Source of the DNA: Armatimonadota bacterium
Lineage (GTDB): Bacteria > Armatimonadota > Hebobacteria > CAIYQO01
DNA length: 12,949 nt
NCBI GenBank assembly: GCA_038248345.1
Contig: JBBRXO010000078.1
Coordinates: forward strand, 1 to 12,949
Direction: 5' to 3'
Shown: in pieces, positions 6,282-12,949 of the stretch
Layout of the letters: each line of letters starts with the position of its first letter
How positions within the stretch are numbered: the stretch's first letter is position 1
Notes under the pieces: generated by a model
Database searches by the model: none
What the model saw: the letters and a program-made list of their open reading frames with translations, nothing else
Told to the model about the DNA's origin: nothing
Translations under genes and position numbers: made by a program

Positions 6282-8972
6282 TTATACCTCCTCAACGCGG
6301 CGGAATTCTACCTGCCGCAGAATACGAATTTGTAGATAGGCGAATCCAATGAGCGCACTACCCATTACCCAAGCCATTGCTGTTGCGGTACTGAAGCGGA
6401 GATTGCTGTACGCTTCTAACCAGATTGCCATCGAGAGCACCATCGTTTCTTTGCCCGGGCCACCGAAGGTGAGCAGGAAGATATTGCCCATGCTTTGGAA
6501 AGTTCCGATGAAAGCACCGACAAAATTGATTACGATGAGCGGTAGTAACTGTGGTAAGGTGATAAAGCGAAGCTTCGCCCAGAGGTTACCACCATCCAGA
6601 TCAGCTGCCTCATAAAGCTCTTCGGGGATACCCTTCATCGCAGCGAGGTAGATGAGACTGCCCATGCCCATACCGGCCCACACCGACGGTATAATAGTTG
6701 CGACCATGGCGTAGTTGGGATCGCCCAGCCAGTCAATTGGCTTAAACAGCGCTATATCGGAGATATGGGTGAATTTCACAAAGTAATAGAGCGCCTGGTT
6801 GAACAGGCCGTTTTTCAACGGGCTGTACATTAGTTTCCAGAGCAATGCGACCACCAGGCCACTGGTAAGTTGCGGCAGGAAGAACACTGAGCGCCAGAAG
6901 ACTTTGCCCCAGGGAATCTCTGCCAGCAGAACTGAAAGCAGAATCGGTGTGATGAAGACGAGAATCATGTTTAAGGCAACAAATTTCACCGTCTGCCGTA
7001 CCGAATTGTAGAAGTCTGGATTGAGGAAGATGTTGATGAAGTTGTCCAAGCCTACCCAGGGGCTATTGCCGACGATATGGTAGTCCTGGAAGGCCATGAT
7101 GACACCGCGTAACAACGGATAGTAACCCCAGAGGGCAATTGATCCGAGTGCTGGCACCAGCAACAACCAGGGGAGCCAGCCGTGGAATACGCCGGCCGGG
7201 TTGCCCGTAGAGGCTCCCTTCGCCTTCAGATTCGCGCGGACGATTAACCCGACCATGACGAGAACCAGCAAAGCGACGAAGGAGAATATTACCCACGCCA
7301 TCGGTCTGAATTTTTGTAATTCTTCAGGACGACGTGCAAACATGGTGCCCGAGTTTGCCGTGTAGTTCACTTCATCCAGTGCGGTTCTGTAATCAAAATT
7401 CTCACCACTGGCGGAAGATACCAGACTTAGTACATTGCTGTTTAGCGCGGAGTCCATAGTTACCCAGAACCCGGCGAATGGCTCGGTACAAGTTTTAGCG
7501 GCACCAGAGTCAAGGTCAGCGTAGAGTTTACGTAAGCTGGGTGGTACGTCATTAACATAATCTTTGAAGCCGAGGCGGACAAGATCGCGGGGGTCAACGA
7601 AGCGCGCCTTACCAGAGAGCACCTGTTTACGGATACCCTCATCTGTTGCTCCTTGCGATACCAGGGTGGTCATGACTTTCCAGATAGCATCGCGTTCCGC
7701 TTTCGGTCGGCGTGCCACACCTTCTGTCATTACCGCAAAGTGGCGCTGATATTGGATGATGGGGAAGCCACCGGGCCCACCTGGTACCGGGAAGACTCCG
7801 AGTAGATCCGGGTTAACCCCCCAGTTTCCCTGGGCACCGCCGAGGTCGTTATAGAACCATTGGGTCATGGCCAGATTGCCACTCCCGAGCTCCTTGCTCC
7901 AGTTGTAATTATCTGAAGCGCCGCCGATGGTGGAGACCATTCCGGTATTTACCTGCGCGTCGGTGAAGGTAAGCTCACGTCCCGATGATAGTGTCACTTT
8001 TTTTGCGGCCACTTCAGCCTGGGTGAGATTGACTGGTTCTCCGGTTTGGGGGTCTTTCAACCAGCGTTGCCAGCGCAATCGGTGGTACATCTCCACGGCG
8101 CTTTTTGCCGCTGGACTATTCAAGTCCGCCTGCCATTCGGAAGGTACCATCGCCAGGTCTTCTTTAGTATCTGTTGGCAAGTAATTGATGGCATCTGTCG
8201 TCAGGTAAGTGGTGGCATTCATCGGGAATTTGTAGGTCTTCCCCGTGGTCAGACTGGTTTTATTCTGAATTACCGGAGTGCCGCCGGCGCTGGCCAGCCA
8301 GGAGAGCCAGGTGAAACCATAGCTGGGGAGAGCAAACCCGACTTTGCTACGTGCTGGATCGGTTAATTTCTGGCACCAGTAGATGAATTCATCCCAGGTT
8401 TCCGGGGGTCTGTTGGGATCCAGGCCGGCTTGCCGAACCAGGTCGACGCGGAAGATGATGCCCATTTGATTGGTGCTGGATGTTGGGAGGCCATAGACTT
8501 TTCCATCTACGGTGGCTATCTGGCGGGAAAGTGCAGGTTGATTTTTCCATCCTGCCCATTTTTCTTCTGATTCATCCAGGACATTATTCTTATTTGTGTC
8601 ATCGCCAACCCATTCATTCAGTGGGTAGAGAAACCCTTGCTGAATGTCGGTGCGGATGATGTGCGACCAACAGTAATACATGTCAGGGGCGGTCTGTCCC
8701 GCGATTGACATCATCAGCGGTGTGCGCCCACCAGCGCCGGGGAGTGTTAGACCGGACCAGGTAGTCACCTGGATGGTCGGGTCTTCACGCATCAACTTAA
8801 CAATCGGATCATTCTCCGATGACGTACCCTGTCCACCATCCCACAATTGGAACTGTGAGACGGGAATCCGTTTCGGCGGTGTTTGCGCTGATGCGAAAAC
8901 TGCCAGGGCGAGCAGACTACAGAGAAAGACGCCCAATAGCAGATTTTGTACAATGATGTGGTGTTTTTCCAT
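6282..8972 (-). CDS. Fusion of a family-1-type sugar solute-binding protein and an ABC permease (MalF/UgpA-like)
   Basis: Signal peptide ending ASA-Q. SBP motifs: IAGQTAPDM, QGFLYPLNEW, DGKVYGLP, FRVDLVRQAGLDPNRPPETWDEF...KLT. From about aa 558 the permease motifs follow: WLLLVPAL, YPLLRGVIMAF, WVGLDNF, RSVFFLP, WLGDP, IYLAAMKGIPEELYEAADLDGG, ITLPQL. It is one uninterrupted frame with SD GGGGAG. Confidence 0.92.
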   Translation of the reverse strand: MEKHHIIVQNLLLGVFLCSLLALAVFASAQTPPKRIPVSQFQLWDGGQGTSSENDPIVKLMREDPTIQVTTWSGLTLPGAGGRTPLMMSIAGQTAPDMYYCWSHIIRTDIQQGFLYPLNEWVGDDTNKNNVLDESEEKWAGWKNQPALSRQIATVDGKVYGLPTSSTNQMGIIFRVDLVRQAGLDPNRPPETWDEFIYWCQKLTDPARSKVGFALPSYGFTWLSWLASAGGTPVIQNKTSLTTGKTYKFPMNATTYLTTDAINYLPTDTKEDLAMVPSEWQADLNSPAAKSAVEMYHRLRWQRWLKDPQTGEPVNLTQAEVAAKKVTLSSGRELTFTDAQVNTGMVSTIGGASDNYNWSKELGSGNLAMTQWFYNDLGGAQGNWGVNPDLLGVFPVPGGPGGFPIIQYQRHFAVMTEGVARRPKAERDAIWKVMTTLVSQGATDEGIRKQVLSGKARFVDPRDLVRLGFKDYVNDVPPSLRKLYADLDSGAAKTCTEPFAGFWVTMDSALNSNVLSLVSSASGENFDYRTALDEVNYTANSGTMFARRPEELQKFRPMAWVIFSFVALLVLVMVGLIVRANLKAKGASTGNPAGVFHGWLPWLLLVPALGSIALWGYYPLLRGVIMAFQDYHIVGNSPWVGLDNFINIFLNPDFYNSVRQTVKFVALNMILVFITPILLSVLLAEIPWGKVFWRSVFFLPQLTSGLVVALLWKLMYSPLKNGLFNQALYYFVKFTHISDIALFKPIDWLGDPNYAMVATIIPSVWAGMGMGSLIYLAAMKGIPEELYEAADLDGGNLWAKLRFITLPQLLPLIVINFVGAFIGTFQSMGNIFLLTFGGPGKETMVLSMAIWLEAYSNLRFSTATAMAWVMGSALIGFAYLQIRILRQVEFRRVEEV

Positions 8973-9043
8973 TACAATATCTCCCCGTTGAATTTAATAT
9001 AGCATATATCCCCCGGCTATTACAATCATCTGACGCGGTGTTA

Positions 9044-9071
9044 ATTATATCTTAACATCCGTAGTTGTCGA
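9044..9071 (-). promoter_or_regulatory. Putative promoter of the ABC operon, overlapped by an inverted repeat
   Basis: Minus strand TCGACA (9071-9066), 16-nt spacer, TATAAT (9049-9044). TGTTAA-N7-TTAACA (9039-9057) straddles the -10. Confidence 0.5.
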
Positions 9072-9108
9072 TGAGCGTCATAAACTGGAGTTGTTATCCA
9101 TGAATCCG

Positions 9109-11619
9109 CTAATGATCACAGGTAAAAGCTCGACTCATATCTGGTACTTCCACCCCGGCTACACCCCAAATATCGCGCGCATATTCAGTGATGGTACGAT
9201 CACTGCTGAATTTACTGCAGCGGGCAACATTGAGAATACTCATACGATTCCAGCGCTCGGTGTCAAGGAAGGCGGCGCTGACCGCGTCCTGCGCGGTGAC
9301 ATAAGCGTCGAAATCGGCACAGATATTGTAGCCATCATGGTAACGCAGTTCATCGAGTATCGGCTGGAAGAGCCCGGACTGACCGGTCGAAAAGAAGTCG
9401 CAGCGGATCAGCTCAATCACTTTGGTAAGCAATGGTGAGTTGTCGATATACTGCTGCGGGTTATATCCACCCTGCCAGAGCGCAGCTACCTCCGCAGCGG
9501 TTAGGCCGAAGATGAAGATATTTTCCGCGCCAACTTCCTCCAGAATCTCAATATTGGCGCCGTCTAACGTGCCGATGGTGAGGGCGCCGTTGAGGGCGAA
9601 CTTCATATTGCCGGTGCCGCTGGCTTCTTTGCCCGCGGTACTGATCTGCTCGGAGAGATCGGCGGCGGGGATGAGCTTCTCCGCCAGTGAGACCCGGTAG
9701 TTGGGCAGGAAGACAACCTTCAGTTTGTCATTCATCTGCGGGTCGCGATTGATCATGTCGGCAATATGGTTGATGAACTCGATGATCAGTTTCGCCATGT
9801 AATAGCCCGGTGCCGCTTTGCCGCCGATGAGGCAGGTGCGGGGGACGATGGGCATATCCGGGTTCTCTTTGATACGCACGTAGGTAGCGATGATATACAG
9901 CGCGAAAAGCAGCTGTCTTTTGTATTCGTGCATCCGCTTCACCTGCACGTCAAAGAGCGACTCCGGCGTAAGGATGATATTGTGATCTTTGGCGACACGC
10001 TCAATGATCGGCGCTTTAGAATCTAGTTGCACCTTCGCCCAGCGCGTGCGGAATTCGGGGTCATCAGCAAACGGTTCCAACTTTTTCAACTCATCCAGGT
10101 TTTTCACCCATTTGTCGCCAATAGCCTCATTAATGAGCGCGGCCATTCCCGGGTTGGCCTTGCGTACCCAGCGTCGTGGGGTGATTCCATTAGTTTTATT
10201 CTGGAATTTCTCCGGCCACATCTCGGCAAAATCCCGGAAGATCGTCTCGATCATCAGCTTGCTGTGCAGCTCCGCCACTCCATTGACCGCATGGCTCCCC
10301 ACTACTGCCAGGTAGGCCATACGTACCCGCTTTACGCCATCCTCGGCGATGAGCGACATGCGCGCCATGCGGTCTACATCAGTGGGGTAGCAACGCGAGA
10401 CCTCTTTAAGAAAGAAGTGATTAATGAGGTAGATGATCTCCATGTGGCGCGGCAAGAGTGTGGTGAGTAACTCCACTGGCCATTCTTCCAGCGCCTCTGG
10501 CATCAGAGTGTGGTTGGTGTAGCCGAATATCCGCGTACAGATAGCCCGGGCATCCCGGAACTCTAACCCCTCTTCATCTATCAGCAAGCGCATTAACTCG
10601 GGTATCGCGAGTGATGGATGCGTGTCATTGAGCTGGATGGCGATAGCGTCGGGTAAAGAGGTGATGTCGCTGCCGAACTCTTCCTTAAAGCGGCGCAGGA
10701 TATCCTGCATCGAGGCGGAGACGAGGAAGTATTCCTGCTTCAGCCGCAGCTCGCGTCCCATACTCACGTTATCGTTGGGGTAGAGCACCTTGGTGATATT
10801 CTCCGTCATCACCTGATCCGAGCAGGCCTCCAGGTAATCACCCTGGTTAAATTCATCGAAGTTGAACTCTTCCGGTGAGTGCGCTGTCCAGAGCCGCAGG
10901 GTGTTGGCCGTATAGTTGCCGTAGCCGGGCACCGGCGTGTCATACGCGACGGCCTGCACTTCATTAGCATTTACCCAGGTGGTACGCTCTATTCCATCAT
11001 GTTCCACTCGGTTCTCGGTATTCCCGCCAAAATAAATTTGGAACTTCATCTCCGGGCGGGCGATCTCCCACGGATTAGGCAGCGCCAGCCAGTTGTCCGG
11101 GGATTCCACCTGCTTAAAGTCTACGATCTTCTGGTGAAATAGTCCATAATCGAAGCGGATGCCGTAACCATAGGCAGGAATCCCCAACGTGGCCATGCTG
11201 TCGAGGAAACAGGCCGCCAGGCGTCCCAGACCGCCGTTACCCAGCCCAGCGTCGACCTCCTGCTCGCGGATAGCTTCCATGTCCTGGTTCAGCTCTTCCA
11301 GCGCATTGCGGCAACTATCCTCCAGTCCCAGATTTAGTAAACTATTACCGAGCGAACGCCCGATGAGATACTCCATGGAGAGGTAATAAACACATTTGGG
11401 ACGGGTGTTATGGTAAAACTGCTGCGTTACCATCCACCGTTCGATCAATCGCTCATTAACAGCGTACGCCGTCGCCAGAAAACGGTCATACTCCGTAGCG
11501 CTAAAATGATCCTTCGCCAGCCGATATTCTAAATTATTCAATAGCGAGATCCGAAATGATTCCGCATCATTCCCTTTACACGCGATGCGCCAGGATTCCG
11601 GTAGGTTACGAACGGGCAT
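9109..11619 (-). CDS. glgP: Glycogen/starch/alpha-glucan phosphorylase (GT35)
   Basis: Motifs YYLSMEYLIGRSL, DAGLGNGGLGRLAACFLDS, LYPND...LRLKQEYF, IQLNDTHP, YTNHT, NGVAELH, QVKRMHEYKRQ, GKAAPGY and the PLP-lysine motif EASGTGNMKFALNGALTIGTLDGAN. SD GAGGA precedes ATG 11619 (MPVRN), preferred to 11643. Confidence 0.97.
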   Translation of the reverse strand: MPVRNLPESWRIACKGNDAESFRISLLNNLEYRLAKDHFSATEYDRFLATAYAVNERLIERWMVTQQFYHNTRPKCVYYLSMEYLIGRSLGNSLLNLGLEDSCRNALEELNQDMEAIREQEVDAGLGNGGLGRLAACFLDSMATLGIPAYGYGIRFDYGLFHQKIVDFKQVESPDNWLALPNPWEIARPEMKFQIYFGGNTENRVEHDGIERTTWVNANEVQAVAYDTPVPGYGNYTANTLRLWTAHSPEEFNFDEFNQGDYLEACSDQVMTENITKVLYPNDNVSMGRELRLKQEYFLVSASMQDILRRFKEEFGSDITSLPDAIAIQLNDTHPSLAIPELMRLLIDEEGLEFRDARAICTRIFGYTNHTLMPEALEEWPVELLTTLLPRHMEIIYLINHFFLKEVSRCYPTDVDRMARMSLIAEDGVKRVRMAYLAVVGSHAVNGVAELHSKLMIETIFRDFAEMWPEKFQNKTNGITPRRWVRKANPGMAALINEAIGDKWVKNLDELKKLEPFADDPEFRTRWAKVQLDSKAPIIERVAKDHNIILTPESLFDVQVKRMHEYKRQLLFALYIIATYVRIKENPDMPIVPRTCLIGGKAAPGYYMAKLIIEFINHIADMINRDPQMNDKLKVVFLPNYRVSLAEKLIPAADLSEQISTAGKEASGTGNMKFALNGALTIGTLDGANIEILEEVGAENIFIFGLTAAEVAALWQGGYNPQQYIDNSPLLTKVIELIRCDFFSTGQSGLFQPILDELRYHDGYNICADFDAYVTAQDAVSAAFLDTERWNRMSILNVARCSKFSSDRTITEYARDIWGVAGVEVPDMSRAFTCDH

Positions 11620-11659
11620 AATTAATTCCTCAGATGACTGCATGACTAGGTGTTGAATA

Positions 11660-11688
11660 ATAATACAGGTAGTGGGGGTATTTTACAA
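11660..11688 (-). promoter_or_regulatory. Sigma70-type promoter for glgP
   Basis: Minus strand TTGTAA (11688-11683), 17-nt spacer, TATTAT (11665-11660). Confidence 0.5.
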
Positions 11689-11751
11689 TATAATGATGGA
11701 GGAAATAGCGCTTTGGCTCCGGTGTAACAGGAGCGAAGCCCACCGAGGTAA

Positions 11752-12093
11752 CTACTTAATAGCGTTACCCTTATAATGTACTACCTCAGTGTCCGTTACG
11801 GTGATCAATCCCTCGCCCACCATCTCCTCCAGTGTCGGAAGAAAAGCGGCGATGCGCTCCGGTTTATCCACGATGTCGATCACCACTGGCAGATCCTGCG
11901 CCAGATCCAGCAGACGTGACGTATGGATACGGCTGGTGGCGCCGAAGCCCTCCAGCCCGTGGAGCACCGTCGCCCCTGCCATTCCCATGTCATGCGCCCG
12001 TTGCACGATTGCAGCGTAGAGCGGTTTGCCGTGCCACCGGTCGCTGTCGCCGATGTATATTCGTATAATCTTCGCCGCGCCGATAATTTGCAT
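11752..12093 (-). CDS. DUF190 family (PII-like fold) protein, 113 aa
   Basis: RIYIGDSDRWHGKPLY...GMAGATVLHGLEGFG...IHT..LLDL..DLPVVIDIVD is typical of DUF190, which commonly lies downstream of crcB. SD AGGGAG precedes ATG 12093 (MQIIG). Confidence 0.9.
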   Translation of the reverse strand: MQIIGAAKIIRIYIGDSDRWHGKPLYAAIVQRAHDMGMAGATVLHGLEGFGATSRIHTSRLLDLAQDLPVVIDIVDKPERIAAFLPTLEEMVGEGLITVTDTEVVHYKGNAIK

Positions 12094-12104
12094 ATGATTC
12101 TCCC

Positions 12105-12506
12105 TTATATTCCCCGCGCCAGCTTCGTCCCCAGCCATACAGCCAGGAACCCTACCAGCACGCTGGCGAGCACGTTGGCCAGCGCCCGCAGCATACTGCC
12201 GCCCTCCGCCAGTCGCAGTGTCTCATACTCGAAGGTGGAGAAGGTGGTATATGCGCCCACAAAACCGATGGAGACCAGCAGGCGCAGATGCGGAGCGGGG
12301 ATGATCCGTTCCGACATAATAGTGGCGAACAGCCCGAGGATGAAACAGCCGCTGATGTTAATGACGAAAGTACCCCAGGGGAACTGATTGCTCCAGTTAG
12401 TGTCTACCCAAAGACCCAACCAGTAGCGTGCGTTGGCCCCCAGGAAGCCCCCCAGACCCACCCACCAGCTGTCTTTTAGAATCTGTAGTAGAGTTTCATA
12501 GCGCAT
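12105..12506 (-). CDS. crcB: Fluoride efflux channel CrcB/Fluc
   Basis: Motifs [29 protein letters not shown] and [15 protein letters not shown], with four hydrophobic segments. Confidence 0.96.
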   Translation of the reverse strand: MRYETLLQILKDSWWVGLGGFLGANARYWLGLWVDTNWSNQFPWGTFVINISGCFILGLFATIMSERIIPAPHLRLLVSIGFVGAYTTFSTFEYETLRLAEGGSMLRALANVLASVLVGFLAVWLGTKLARGI

Positions 12507-12515
12507 TATCTATCT

Positions 12516-12544
12516 ATAATCGCCCATTTTCCCGCCTGCGTCAA
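12516..12544 (-). promoter_or_regulatory. Putative crcB promoter
   Basis: Minus strand TTGACG (12544-12539), 17-nt spacer, GATTAT (12521-12516), ending 9 nt before the ATG. Confidence 0.45.
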
Positions 12545-12595
12545 TTAAAAACGGGTTGAGATGGGTACTATTTTGAAAATAACCCACCAAACCCC

Positions 12596-12624
12596 TTGAC
12601 CTGCGTAGCTCGTTGCAGTATTAT
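12596..12624 (+). promoter_or_regulatory. rRNA operon promoter P1
   Basis: TTGACC-N17-TATTAT, with upstream AT-rich TTTTGAAAATAA and downstream AAACCTCGCG. Confidence 0.8.
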
Positions 12625-12701
12625 AAACCTCGCGCCCTGATGAAGAGCGCGTTCGAGTTGAGGCGGTGAATTGAAACTTTGAAAATAGTTTCTCCAACCC
12701 C

Positions 12702-12731
12702 TTGACAGAGACATGGGGATTATGGTTTAAT
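12702..12731 (+). promoter_or_regulatory. rRNA operon promoter P2
   Basis: TTGACA-N18-TTTAAT with an extended -10 TG, upstream TTTGAAAATA and downstream AAACCCCGCG. Confidence 0.8.
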
Positions 12732-12813
12732 AAACCCCGCGGTCATGGATTGGCCGAGTGAATAAAAGCTGATCACGCTCAACTTGAGCAATAAATCGGT
12801 TTTAATCGCGAAT

Positions 12814-12835
12814 GTACCTTGACAACTGAACAGTG
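12814..12835 (+). promoter_or_regulatory. rRNA leader boxA-like / processing-stem sequence
   Basis: GTACCTTGACAACTGAACAGTG resembles the CTTTGAAAACTGAACA-type element found about 100 nt before 16S genes in many bacteria. Confidence 0.65.
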
Positions 12836-12925
12836 TTCGGACGCTTGAAATAGAAAATGCGGGGCCTGTGGTCAACGAAAAGTCCAAGGTAACTTACGCT
12901 GATGAGAATCAGTGTTAAGATATAT

Positions 12926-12949
12926 TATTTGGAGAGTTTGATCCTGGCT
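12926..12949 (+). rRNA. rrs: 16S rRNA gene, extreme 5' end (truncated)
   Basis: AGAGTTTGATCCTGGCT (12933-12949) is the conserved 27F site, preceded by tandem promoters and a leader. The exact 5' end is approximate. Confidence 0.93.

Noticed and set aside
11694..11751. Imperfect hairpin GCTTTGGCTCC...GGAGCGAAGC after DUF190, considered as a riboswitch or terminator
   Set aside because: It is downstream rather than upstream of crcB, has no recognisable aptamer consensus, and has a weak stem with no clear U-tract. It may still be a weak terminator.
5064..12479. Short antisense or alternative-frame ORFs within the ABC genes, glgP, DUF190 and crcB
   Set aside because: They lie almost entirely within well-supported genes and show no family motifs.
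12819..12824. TTGACA as a third rRNA promoter
   Set aside because: No convincing -10 at 16-18 nt spacing; better explained as part of the boxA-like leader element.

Overview
Bacterial chromosomal window, about 13 kb, running from a truncated hrcA gene to the first bases of a 16S rRNA gene. Left to right it holds: hrcA (minus strand, 5' part only, missed by the ORF track); a divergent 2x[4Fe-4S] ferredoxin; then on the minus strand a GH38 alpha-mannosidase, two very unusual carbohydrate (CUT1-type) ABC membrane subunits, glycogen phosphorylase, a DUF190 protein and the fluoride channel crcB/fluc; and finally tandem rRNA promoters, the rRNA leader and the 16S 5' end. The most interesting element is the ABC pair. 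One gene fuses an enlarged solute-binding protein, carrying an EF-hand-like loop, to a MalF-type permease. The other is a MalG-type permease with a roughly 420-aa extracytoplasmic insertion containing about four degenerate copies of a helical motif resembling the 'F..WL..KYG....LN.AWGT' subdomain of GH42 beta-galactosidases. No ATPase or sugar-type regulator gene lies nearby. No mobile element, CRISPR array or tRNA was seen. All calls come from reading motifs by eye; no database searches were run.
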